Below, one piece after another: positions 49,507 to 58,875 of a DNA stretch of 64,000 nt. Below the pieces are notes generated by a model. It saw only the letters and a program-made list of their open reading frames with translations, searched no databases and had not been told where the DNA came from. The DNA comes from Bdellovibrionales bacterium (GTDB lineage: Bacteria; Bdellovibrionota; Bdellovibrionia; Bdellovibrionales; UBA1609), in contig OZ241329.1 in assembly GCA_965199825.1 (NCBI GenBank), forward strand, positions 608,001-672,000. Reading direction: 5' to 3'. The position numbers were made by a program, and so were the translations under genes. Numbering within the stretch: the stretch's first letter is position 1; each line of letters begins with the position of its first letter.

Positions 49507-50271
49507 TTACTCCAAATCAATCAACACTGGACAATGATCGCTACCTTCTTGGGCATCTAAGATTTCACAATGCTTAAGCCGCGGCAAAAGATCTTTGCTG
49601 ATACAAATATGATCAATGCGCCAACCTCGGTTTTGAATTCGAGCTCCCGAAAAATAAGACCACCAAGTGTAAGCATCCTTGGTATCGGGAAAAAAATGGC
49701 GAAAACAATCGATGAAACCTGCAGCCAAAAATTCTTTAAACCACTTGCGCTCTTCGGGTAAAAATCCGCTCTCATTTTTTAATGCTTCAGGATCATACAC
49801 ATCAATTAATAAGGGCGCGATATTATAATCACCCACCAAGATCACCGGAACTTTTTGGGCCAAATCGTTTGTCAAATGTCTAAGGAATCGCAATAAGAAT
49901 TCTTGTTTAAAAAGATGCCGCTCTGGCCCTGAGCCACCATTAGGAAAATAAACATTATACAATTTAAAATCCTGATGATCGGTCACAACAAACCGACCCT
50001 CCGTATCAAATTTGCGAATCCCAATGCCATGCTCTACCGAGAGGGGTGGAGTTTTAGAAAAGGTTGCGGTGCCCGAATACCCGCGGCGATGGGCTGAGGA
50101 CCAATGGCTGCTCATTCCCATTGGGGACAAGAGCTCAGGCTCGCACATATCAGGGTGGACTTTTGTCTCTTGTAAACACAAAACATCTGGATTTTGTTGT
50201 TCAACAAAATTCTGAAAGCCTTTTTTGGCCACAGCTCGAATGCCATTAACGTTCCAAGTGATAATTCTCAC
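49507..50271 (-). CDS. xth: exodeoxyribonuclease III
   Basis: TWNVNGIRA, LQETK, GDYN, YTWWSY, GWRIDH, SDHCP; GTG start 50271. Confidence 0.95.
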   Translation of the reverse strand: MRIITWNVNGIRAVAKKGFQNFVEQQNPDVLCLQETKVHPDMCEPELLSPMGMSSHWSSAHRRGYSGTATFSKTPPLSVEHGIGIRKFDTEGRFVVTDHQDFKLYNVYFPNGGSGPERHLFKQEFLLRFLRHLTNDLAQKVPVILVGDYNIAPLLIDVYDPEALKNESGFLPEERKWFKEFLAAGFIDCFRHFFPDTKDAYTWWSYFSGARIQNRGWRIDHICISKDLLPRLKHCEILDAQEGSDHCPVLIDLE

Positions 50272-50335
50272 GTGTTGCTGAATAAATCTTTTTATGGCAA
50301 AAATCACCTGCAATCATAAACCTGAAGGAGTTCTT

Positions 50336-50857
50336 ATGCCGATGATCGGTCAACCCGCGCCGCATTTTTCATGCGCAGCCGTTGTAGATAATGGCGAAAT
50401 CAAAAACGTAAGCCTTGCCGACTACAAAGGTAAATATGTGGTCTTGTTTTTTTATCCCCTCGATTTCACGTTTGTTTGTCCTACCGAAATTACACAATTT
50501 CGCGATCACAACAAAGAATTCGAAGCTGGTGGGGCTGTGGTCTTGGGTGCGAGTATTGACTCGGTACATTCTCACAAGCGTTGGCTTAAGGATGATCTTG
50601 GAAACCTTGGCTATCCCCTTTTAAGCGATGTGACCAAAAGAATCGCTCGCGATTATGGGATCCTGTTTGAGGCCGAAGGGATTGCCACTCGCGCAACTTT
50701 CATTATCGATCCTGAAGGAATTTTGCAATACGCCGGAATTCACAATTTGAATGTGGGCCGTGATGCGCGTGAAGTTTTACGGGTTCTCAAAGCGCTAAAA
50801 ACGGGCGAACTTTGTGGTGCGGGCTGGAAGCCTGGCGAAAAAACCATTAACGGTTGA
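50336..50857 (+). CDS. AhpC-type 2-Cys peroxiredoxin
   Basis: FYPLDFTFVCPTEI, GELC..GW; AAGGAG RBS before ATG 50336. Confidence 0.94.
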   Translation: MPMIGQPAPHFSCAAVVDNGEIKNVSLADYKGKYVVLFFYPLDFTFVCPTEITQFRDHNKEFEAGGAVVLGASIDSVHSHKRWLKDDLGNLGYPLLSDVTKRIARDYGILFEAEGIATRATFIIDPEGILQYAGIHNLNVGRDAREVLRVLKALKTGELCGAGWKPGEKTING

Positions 50858-51927
50858 TGAGTGAACACTACGCCGAAGTTTTTGGTTTATTAAAAAAAGA
50901 ATCTCCTCGGGCCGCGCGATATTTTTCGCAGCCCGATGATCTCAAGTTTGTTTTGTCCCCCTTTGTTATCGAACTCCCAAAAATTGTTCTGCAAAAAGCG
51001 TCCGACGCGATTGCCGCCTTGTATGCACTTTCTCAAAGTGCCCGTTACCAAGAGTCTCTTCCCAAAAATCCAATTTTAGATCTAAAAAACAGCTCGGTTT
51101 TGATGGCCTATGATTTTCACGCAAATCAAGACGGTGAAATCAAGCTGATCGAAATCAATACCAATGCTTCGGGTTATTTGGTGTCGACCTTGCTTGCGCT
51201 TAAAAACGGCGATCGAGATCCGCGCCCAACACTCTATGAGAGTTTTAAATCTGAATGGCAGAGTGTTTTTGGCAATCAGGAATTCGATCAGATTGTTTTG
51301 ACAGATCTTGATCTCGATCAGCAAAAGATGAACTTTGAGTTTGCGATGTATCAAGATTTTTTTAAAAGTTTTGGAGTTGAGTGCGACATTGTTGATTGGA
51401 AAGATTTGGGTGAACCAAAGATGATCTACAATCGACACACCGACTTTTACCTAAAAACTCGTCCCGATCTTTTAAATCTGGCTCTCGAAAATCAGATCTG
51501 CATCACTCCCTCGCCAAAACAGTATTTTCTTTTGGCCGATAAAAGCCGTCTGCAACTGTTTGATGCATTTGGTATTGCCGCAATCGATGAGGTTTTGCTC
51601 CGCTCACAAAACGTGAGCGATCTCTCGCCCGAAGCGCTTTGGAGCAAACGAAAATCCTTATACTTTAAACCTCGCCAATCCTATGGCGGGAAATCTGTTT
51701 ATCGTGGAGCAAACGTCACCAAAAAAACATTTAGTCGAATTTTAGCCGAAGATTTTTTGGCCCAAGACTATTTTCCTCCCGGTGTTTTTGAAAACGAATG
51801 GAAATTTGATCTGCGATTTTATGTGTATCGCGATCAAATTCAGTTCTCAGTAGCTCGAGTGTATCAAGGTCAAATCACAAATTTCAAAACTCCGCAGGGC
51901 GGGTTTGCTCGGCTTCAATTTATTTAA
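50854..51927 (+). CDS. circularly permuted ATP-grasp amide ligase-like protein
   Basis: YDFH, KLIEINTN, ADKSRL, FKP..SYGGK.V, AQDY, DLRFY, ARVYQG..TNF...GGF. Confidence 0.7.
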   Translation: MMSEHYAEVFGLLKKESPRAARYFSQPDDLKFVLSPFVIELPKIVLQKASDAIAALYALSQSARYQESLPKNPILDLKNSSVLMAYDFHANQDGEIKLIEINTNASGYLVSTLLALKNGDRDPRPTLYESFKSEWQSVFGNQEFDQIVLTDLDLDQQKMNFEFAMYQDFFKSFGVECDIVDWKDLGEPKMIYNRHTDFYLKTRPDLLNLALENQICITPSPKQYFLLADKSRLQLFDAFGIAAIDEVLLRSQNVSDLSPEALWSKRKSLYFKPRQSYGGKSVYRGANVTKKTFSRILAEDFLAQDYFPPGVFENEWKFDLRFYVYRDQIQFSVARVYQGQITNFKTPQGGFARLQFI

Positions 51928-51947
51928 CTTGTGGTCGAGCATTTGAT

Positions 51948-53318
51948 TTATTTTGGATACGAATTCAGATCATGACTATTTTGTTTGCCAATTTCATTTG
52001 CTGTTCCAATTTTCAAGTCGATCGGAATGATGGGTGCAGGCTCATTGGTTAAGACCTGAAGGCAAGCGATCTCATCGTTTTTTTCTACTTCAAAGAGATG
52101 GTCTTTCATTTGCTGAATCACTTCTGTAAGGGCACGCAATGATTGATTCGATTTTGCAAACCGATGTATAAGACCTTTTGCAAAATAGCTTTTTAGTTTT
52201 GGATTTGTAGAATTGAGTTGATCCATTACTTTTAGATTTGAATCAAAGCCCCAACTTATCTTTGCTTCTAAATAATCTTGCCAAATCTTGGAATCCTTAG
52301 GGATTTGAAATTGATGACGCTTTAAATCCTCTTCGAACGCGATCAGCGCATGAATATTTCGTGCGTAAAATTCATCGTATCGCTCCCACCAATTGGTCTC
52401 GACTCGTTTGATATAGTCATAGCCTTTGATCAGCTTAAGGTAGATCTCCGGCCAAATTATTTGAACCTGAGCTAGAAACTCCTGAACTATTTGGTCCTCG
52501 AGTACTTCAAATTTGCGCGGAATAAAATTTTCTCTCCAGGGTAGATCTCGATCTGGCTCAAACAAAACTGCAATTTCTTCGTAGAGGTGTTCAGCAGAAA
52601 TACCTTTGGATTTGGCAAAGTCGACTGCGAACTCCAAGGTTTGTGCTATTTTCTTTTTTATCAACGGGTCTGATTTCCAATCCGATGGCCTATGCAAGCT
52701 CTCAAAAGTTCGCCAAAACTCAAAGCGCTCTTGAGCTTCATTGGCTTCAAAATCGAGGACGACTTCGTCAGGATCAAAATACGCTGCAATATCAGGATTT
52801 ATATTTTGAAGTTCGTTATAAAACTCAACTAACACCTCTCTATTTAGGCGTTTGTAAGCTCGGGAGTAGGCGTAAGGAAATCGATTTGTATTATGAGACA
52901 GGCGTAAAATTGTTTCGGTGAAACGAACTGGATCTAGCTTCCACTTGTTTGCGATTTTTAAATTCAGTTCAAATATTTTTTGTGAAAGTTGATTTTCGAG
53001 GTCGATTAACTTTCGGGGCTCTAAAACAATTTGGGATTGAATTCCATAAGGTGTTTTAAGATGTGCGGTTTTGATTACTCCTAGATCAATGCCCTGTCGT
53101 AATGCGAAATCATAAAGTACTTGAGGGTTAAACAGTTCATTTTCAATCCACATCACACGATGAAATGCGGCAGTTTTCTGATCAATATGTGTCGCAGCGA
53201 GCGCCTTCGGGACTGCAGTTGAGGCAGCAGCGGCGGTGAGGGATTGAATCAGACTTCGACGACTCAGCTCAACAGCAAAAGAATTAGCCAGCGTAAATGT
53301 TAAAAACAGTATCAGCAT
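51948..53318 (-). CDS. hypothetical exported protein with Sec-like signal followed by twin-arginine signal
   Basis: MLILFLTFTLANSFA, then LSRRSLIQSLTAAAASTAVPKALA. Confidence 0.72.
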   Translation of the reverse strand: MLILFLTFTLANSFAVELSRRSLIQSLTAAAASTAVPKALAATHIDQKTAAFHRVMWIENELFNPQVLYDFALRQGIDLGVIKTAHLKTPYGIQSQIVLEPRKLIDLENQLSQKIFELNLKIANKWKLDPVRFTETILRLSHNTNRFPYAYSRAYKRLNREVLVEFYNELQNINPDIAAYFDPDEVVLDFEANEAQERFEFWRTFESLHRPSDWKSDPLIKKKIAQTLEFAVDFAKSKGISAEHLYEEIAVLFEPDRDLPWRENFIPRKFEVLEDQIVQEFLAQVQIIWPEIYLKLIKGYDYIKRVETNWWERYDEFYARNIHALIAFEEDLKRHQFQIPKDSKIWQDYLEAKISWGFDSNLKVMDQLNSTNPKLKSYFAKGLIHRFAKSNQSLRALTEVIQQMKDHLFEVEKNDEIACLQVLTNEPAPIIPIDLKIGTANEIGKQNSHDLNSYPK

Positions 53319-53433
53319 AAAAATCAAATATATTGATTTAACTGAGCTTACAAATTTATTTGGGTTTGATAGGCGAGTTCGAAAATCTTTGTTTCTTAAT
53401 TTAAACTCATCCGCAGGGCGTGTTTACTCAACT

Positions 53434-53460
53434 TCAATTTTCTTAAAAAGAGACCGATAC
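53434..53460 (+). promoter_or_regulatory. sigma28 (FliA)-like promoter candidate
   Basis: TCAA-N15-ACCGATAC, 6 nt before ATG 53467. Confidence 0.45.
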
Positions 53461-53466
53461 CTCTTT

Positions 53467-55251
53467 ATGAGTCGAGCTTTTGCGGTTCCAAAACTTACAG
53501 ACGAGTATGCTTTATTTGAGCACCTCGACGGAAGTCACCCCTATAAAAATGCGGTGCCCGAGGGTGTGGTCGAGTATCGTGTGCGCCAACTGCCCACTGG
53601 ACGTGTGTCTTATTTCAACTTCGAACTCGCACGCGAAATGGGTTTAATTCCTGCGCATCACCCCAATGTTTTGAATTCAAGACTTGAAGATAAAATTATC
53701 GAAACTTTTGCTCTCAGAATTATCAATGAGTACGACGACTCTCACCAAATTGAATATCCAAAGTCGGCAATCAAAAAAAATACCTATATGGCCACCCGTT
53801 ACTTGCAGCTCCAGCATCCAAGTAAAACGGGCAAGACCTCCGGCGATGGCCGCTGCATTTGGAATGGGACCGTCGAACATAAAGGAATCACTTGGGATGT
53901 GAGCAGCCGTGGAACTGGCGTCACATGCTTAGCCCCCGGAGCGGTCGAAGCGGGAAAACCCTTAAGATCGGGCAGCACAAATTTTGGTTACGGATGCGGT
54001 CTTGCCGAAATTGATGAGCTTTACGGTGCAGCTTTGATGTCTGAAATTTTTCATAACAACTCGATTCCGACAGAGCGGATGTTGTGCATTGTTGATCTTG
54101 GTCGCGGTGTGGGAATTGGTGTTCGCGCCGGCCACAATCTGTTGCGACCCGCCCACTTTTTTATGTTTCTAAAACAAAATAATCATTCTGCCCTTAAGCG
54201 CGCCACCGATTATTTTATTGAGCGACAAACCGCAAATGGCCGCAAGAAACTCTCAACATCAAAAAAATATCAAAATCTGCTCAATGCGATGTGCGAGGAT
54301 TTTTCGCGCTTTGCCGCAACCCTCGAGCGCGAATACATTTTTGCGTGGATGGAGTGGGATGGCGACAATGTTTTGGCCGATGCTGGAATTATCGATTACG
54401 GCAGTGTCAGACAATTTGGCTTAAGACATGACCAATATCGTTACGACGATATCGAAAGATTTTCGACCACACTTGGTGAGCAACGCAAAAAAGTGCGGAT
54501 GATCTTACAGGTCTATTGCCAAATGATTTCGTTTGTCGAAACCGGCGAACGAAAGCGTGTGTCTGAATTTAGCAATCATCCTTTGCTTGAGAAATTTGAT
54601 ATTCTATTTTCAAGAAATCTGAGCGATCGATTTTTGTATCAACTTGGATTTGAACTTAAAAGTCGCGACTTTTTATTGCTGCAAAAGCGCCAGCAGGTCG
54701 ATCAGTTTACCGCAATTTATCAAAATCTCGAGATGATCAAAACCTCTCGTCCAAAAATGCGTGTTGCCGACGGAGTGAATCGTCCCCCACTTTTGAATAT
54801 GCGAACCTTTAATCGCCAGTGGATGAAGTGGATCAAAGATCCCGACATGTGCCCGAAACATATTGCGCTCGAACTGTTAAGCACTTCTGCCACTCGCAAA
54901 GATCGCAAACGCGTATTGGATCCGAAAATTCAAAAATTGATTGTCCTTTTATTGAAGCACACTCAACGACTGTTTTCGCTTGTTGATGTCAATGAGACCG
55001 CGGTTTTAAATCGCTCTCAAAAAATCAATCGGCCCGACCGCATGACCGGCAATGCTCTGATCAATGTGGTTCATCATATTCTTGAACATCGTAAAAAAGG
55101 TTTTAAAGATCGGGATATCCAAAAAGTGATGGATGTGTTTATTGCCCATCAAAGTGGAGCTCGTGAGATTCCAAAATCTTGGACCGAGCGAAGTCAGCGC
55201 CTAATGCAAACTCTTTTAACTGTCGTCGGCGGATATCACGAAGATATTTGA
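53467..55251 (+). CDS. divergent SelO/YdiU-like (protein adenylyltransferase fold) protein
   Basis: GDGR, D..SRGTG.T, SEIFH...IPTERML, LRP.H, DGDN, IIDYG map onto SelO motifs. Confidence 0.7.
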   Translation: MSRAFAVPKLTDEYALFEHLDGSHPYKNAVPEGVVEYRVRQLPTGRVSYFNFELAREMGLIPAHHPNVLNSRLEDKIIETFALRIINEYDDSHQIEYPKSAIKKNTYMATRYLQLQHPSKTGKTSGDGRCIWNGTVEHKGITWDVSSRGTGVTCLAPGAVEAGKPLRSGSTNFGYGCGLAEIDELYGAALMSEIFHNNSIPTERMLCIVDLGRGVGIGVRAGHNLLRPAHFFMFLKQNNHSALKRATDYFIERQTANGRKKLSTSKKYQNLLNAMCEDFSRFAATLEREYIFAWMEWDGDNVLADAGIIDYGSVRQFGLRHDQYRYDDIERFSTTLGEQRKKVRMILQVYCQMISFVETGERKRVSEFSNHPLLEKFDILFSRNLSDRFLYQLGFELKSRDFLLLQKRQQVDQFTAIYQNLEMIKTSRPKMRVADGVNRPPLLNMRTFNRQWMKWIKDPDMCPKHIALELLSTSATRKDRKRVLDPKIQKLIVLLLKHTQRLFSLVDVNETAVLNRSQKINRPDRMTGNALINVVHHILEHRKKGFKDRDIQKVMDVFIAHQSGAREIPKSWTERSQRLMQTLLTVVGGYHEDI

Positions 55252-55283
55252 GCCCTTTAAATTTCGATGCTATGTTGGCCCAC

Positions 55284-56237
55284 ATGATTGTGGTCACCGG
55301 TGCAAACGGATTTATTGGCAGCTGTATGGTCAAAGAACTACTACAGCGAAAGCATAACGACATTATTGCGACCGATGCGGTTGGACTTAATGAGCGTCCG
55401 GGCCTCTTAGAGCGCACCCAAATTCGCGAATTCTTACCCCCTGCTGAACTTTTTGATTTTTTAAAATCGACCAAAAAGATCGAAGCCATATTCCATATGG
55501 GGGCTTGCTCTTCGACCACCGAAACAAACGAAGAATATTTAAAATCAAACAACACCGAATACACCACCTCTCTGTTTGCTCACGCTGCTGCAAATAAAAT
55601 TCCTTTTATCTATGCAAGTAGCGCTGCGGTTTACGGCGATGGTGAGCTTGGCTTTGATGATCAAAAACCCTCAGATATCTATAAGCCGATGAATCTTTAT
55701 GGTTGGTCAAAGTTAAAAGCCGACATTGAAATCGAAGCGACCAACAACCATTCTTTTCGTTGGGCGGGTTTAAGATTTTTTAACGTTTATGGGCCAAACG
55801 AATATCACAAAGGCGAAATGAGCTCGGTGGTTTATAAAGCGTTTTTGCAAATCCAAAACACAAATAAACTCAAATTATTTAAGTCTTACAATTCGCAATT
55901 TAAAGACGGCATGCAAATGCGCGATTTTGTCTACGTCAAAGACGTCACAAGGTGGATGTATGACATTTGGAAATCCAAAAATTTTGTCAGCGGCATTTAC
56001 AACATGGGTGCGGGCAAAGCACGCACTTGGTATGATCTTGGATCCGCGGTTTTTGCCAATCTCGATAAAAAAGTGGATATCGAGTGGATCGAAATGCCCG
56101 AACATATTCGTGACCATTATCAATATTTTACCGAAGCTAAGATGGACAAATTGGACGAGCAAGGTCTTGCACCATCGCAATACCCTCTCGAGATCGGCAT
56201 CGCCGATTACGTCAATCATCATTTAAAAAAATTGTGA
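55284..56237 (+). CDS. rfaD: ADP-L-glycero-D-manno-heptose 6-epimerase
   Basis: TGANGFIGS, HMGACSSTTE, YASSAAVYG, YGWSK, FNVYGPNEYHKG.M.S, RDFVYVKD, YQYFTEA. Confidence 0.94.
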   Translation: MIVVTGANGFIGSCMVKELLQRKHNDIIATDAVGLNERPGLLERTQIREFLPPAELFDFLKSTKKIEAIFHMGACSSTTETNEEYLKSNNTEYTTSLFAHAAANKIPFIYASSAAVYGDGELGFDDQKPSDIYKPMNLYGWSKLKADIEIEATNNHSFRWAGLRFFNVYGPNEYHKGEMSSVVYKAFLQIQNTNKLKLFKSYNSQFKDGMQMRDFVYVKDVTRWMYDIWKSKNFVSGIYNMGAGKARTWYDLGSAVFANLDKKVDIEWIEMPEHIRDHYQYFTEAKMDKLDEQGLAPSQYPLEIGIADYVNHHLKKL

Positions 56238-56932
56238 AGACTAATACCGAACTCAATTGCGTTTTGGTGCGCCCGTTGTATAGCGCAAATATCGGAGGCA
56301 CCGCCCGAGCGATGGCGAACATGGGTGCTTCGCGTTTGATATTGATCGATCCCAAATGTGAGCACCTTTCACAAAAAGCAAAAATGGGCGCAGCCGGCGC
56401 TCAGCCTCTTTTAGAAAATGCGACGGTGTACAACAATTTTGACTTATTTTATAAGTCCGAGGGTCAAGGCGTGCGTTTGGCATTTACCGCGCGAGAAGGT
56501 CAACGTCGCAAAGTTGATGAGCTCTCGCTAACTCTTAAGTCGTTGGGCACTGTGAGCCCAATCTATTTTATTTTTGGACCTGAAGACAACGGTCTCACGA
56601 ATGAAGATATGGCATTCGTCAATGCAGCGGTGAGCCTTCCTAGTTTTGGCGAATTTAAAAGTTTTAATTTGTCACAAGCCGTATTGCTTGCCTGCTTTAT
56701 TGCTCGCGATTTTTATCAACCACAAATTCAACCTCCAACTCTTGAGCCACTTGATTTTCCTGATGAGGAATTAAAAAGTTGGATCAAGGCGATTGGATTT
56801 GATGTTCGTGCGCGCCGAGCGAGTGCCTATCGAGTTTTGCGGCGACTTTTTTTGCAAAATGCGCCGCGGGTGGAAGAGATGCATGTGCTTAAGAGCGTCC
56901 TCCAACAGACCCTCCGCAAACTCGATCTTTAA
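56234..56932 (+). CDS. trmJ: TrmJ/LasT-family SPOUT RNA methyltransferase
   Basis: NIGGTARAMANMG, FGPEDNGLTNE, SFNLSQAV. Confidence 0.85.
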   Translation: MKTNTELNCVLVRPLYSANIGGTARAMANMGASRLILIDPKCEHLSQKAKMGAAGAQPLLENATVYNNFDLFYKSEGQGVRLAFTAREGQRRKVDELSLTLKSLGTVSPIYFIFGPEDNGLTNEDMAFVNAAVSLPSFGEFKSFNLSQAVLLACFIARDFYQPQIQPPTLEPLDFPDEELKSWIKAIGFDVRARRASAYRVLRRLFLQNAPRVEEMHVLKSVLQQTLRKLDL

Positions 56933-56934
56933 AT

Positions 56935-58857
56935 TTATTTACGCTTAAAAATATTGCTCATGAGCGAAGTGATATCGCCATTTAAAAGATCGAATGATTT
57001 TTTTTGGTGCGCTTTGAGTGCTTGGGACTCTTTGACCGCCTCTTGAAAATTAGAATCCATCAAAATCGCACGATCAAAAAATTGAACCGCACCATCTGTG
57101 TCGCCTTGGGCCTTTCGCAGCAGCCCCATTACAAATTGATAAATCGGAATTCTGCGTTCTTGATGCGGAATTTTTTCGAGATTCTCGGTGATCTCTTTTA
57201 TAATCTTTGGTGGGGTGACGCCGGGGTAAGACTTCAGCTTGGCCCAAGCGTACACCGCAACAATCAAAGCACTTTGATAGAGCTGCACACTTTCGGTAAT
57301 CATATCCAGAGCATCTTTGATTTTGTTTTTTTGCAAGAGGTTGATGGCATGATTGGCTTGCGACTCGGCCTTGACCTGATTTGAAAATTCGGTGGCTTTG
57401 AGTTCGTTAAAATATTTTTTGCGTTTTTCTTCGTGCACCAAAATATCGTGGGCACCGCTAACAATAGAAAAAACTTTATTTACCAGATTTTTGGTTTCGG
57501 CATCTGCAGTTGGCGGCACATGATCGGGATGATTGTTTTTTACGAATTCTTTATAGATGCGCTCCACATCGGCGACTTTAGCCTCTGGTGGCGATCCGAA
57601 ATAAACAAAGATTTGGACCGCATCTTTGCCCTCGATCCGTTTAGCCACGTCTTTAATTTTTTCGATATGCGCCAAGGCCGCACTGGTGCGCTTCACATCA
57701 TCAAAAACGATTAGCCCTGATAACGACAACATATGAATCGTCTTAAGCGCAGACAATCGATCAGTGGCTTGCTCCAAGATATCTTCGAGCTTTTCTTCGC
57801 TGTCGATCATCTTTAATAAAGATTCATTTTGCTTGATAGTCGAAAATTGGAGAATCGGATTTTTCAAATCAAAATGAGGTTGTTTTCGAATGTTAAAGCC
57901 AAGCCACTCACTATAAAAACCTTCGAGGTAATCTAAATCGTATTTTTCGGTAATCAATTTGTTAAATATCGGAAGACAGAGTTGAAGGCTTAAAAAATTT
58001 CCGATGTCGTTAAATCGATCTCTCGAAAAAGCGATTTTAAATTTTTTGTCTTGAACGAGGGATTCGAGACACGAAAAAATTTGCTGATGAAGAATGGGAT
58101 AAACCGCATGGGGGCTGACAAATCCTTCAGCAATCATGCAGCGAATGATGTCGCCCTTGATTTTTTCCTTTGGGAGTTCGGCGATCTCTTGAGCTGTGAT
58201 AAAACCTTTTTCAATCAAAAGCTCGGTTAAAACTGATTGCGAGGTGCTTGTGTCCATTCGCACCAAGCAGCCTTGTGCGATGGTGATCCCGTAAATTTCG
58301 CCTTCTTCGTCGGTCATATTGAGGTTGCCGGTGGACTGCTCTGTCATCAACAGCGACAACAAAAATGGAATATCATAACCAATCATTTCGTCGAGATTCT
58401 CGATGGCTTTGATGCGATCGCGCCCGACAAAGGCCTTTGATAAGAGCGAAGGCATATGAAGAGATTTTTGCTGGGTGAGATTTTCAAACGCTTTATCTAA
58501 AAGAGTTCGGATACTTTTAACGTTATAAGGTTTTACCAGATAGTCGAGCGCTTTGGTGGAGCTCAATGCATCTTGAATAAAATTTTTGTCTTTGAAAATA
58601 CCAGAACTTAAAATCACCGCGGCGTCACCAAAGGCGGTGGCGCGCATTTGTTTTACAAGTTCAATTCCACTCATGCGAGGTAGCATGACATCGACAACTG
58701 CGGCTTGGACCGATCGGATTTTAAGAAGGCTCAGTGCATCGTCGGGTTTTGAAACGCTAGAGACACGGTATCCAAATCGGCGAATAGCTTCGCACAAAGG
58801 TTCGCGGATTGAGCTGTCGTCCTCAACCACCAAAACGCTAATTTCGCTTTTCTTCAT
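56935..58857 (-). CDS. multidomain REC + DUF4388-like + DnaJ(J)-like + TPR protein
   Basis: N-terminal receiver (VEDD, DVMLP, KP); TGNL...I...G region; HPD motif; C-terminal TPR helices. Confidence 0.8.
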   Translation of the reverse strand: MKKSEISVLVVEDDSSIREPLCEAIRRFGYRVSSVSKPDDALSLLKIRSVQAAVVDVMLPRMSGIELVKQMRATAFGDAAVILSSGIFKDKNFIQDALSSTKALDYLVKPYNVKSIRTLLDKAFENLTQQKSLHMPSLLSKAFVGRDRIKAIENLDEMIGYDIPFLLSLLMTEQSTGNLNMTDEEGEIYGITIAQGCLVRMDTSTSQSVLTELLIEKGFITAQEIAELPKEKIKGDIIRCMIAEGFVSPHAVYPILHQQIFSCLESLVQDKKFKIAFSRDRFNDIGNFLSLQLCLPIFNKLITEKYDLDYLEGFYSEWLGFNIRKQPHFDLKNPILQFSTIKQNESLLKMIDSEEKLEDILEQATDRLSALKTIHMLSLSGLIVFDDVKRTSAALAHIEKIKDVAKRIEGKDAVQIFVYFGSPPEAKVADVERIYKEFVKNNHPDHVPPTADAETKNLVNKVFSIVSGAHDILVHEEKRKKYFNELKATEFSNQVKAESQANHAINLLQKNKIKDALDMITESVQLYQSALIVAVYAWAKLKSYPGVTPPKIIKEITENLEKIPHQERRIPIYQFVMGLLRKAQGDTDGAVQFFDRAILMDSNFQEAVKESQALKAHQKKSFDLLNGDITSLMSNIFKRK

Positions 58858-58875
58858 CTTTTTATTATACTGATT

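Noticed and set aside
53321..53339. AAATCAA-N5-TTGATTT palindrome before the tandem-signal gene
   Set aside because: Very AT-rich and short; could be an operator but cannot be told from chance.
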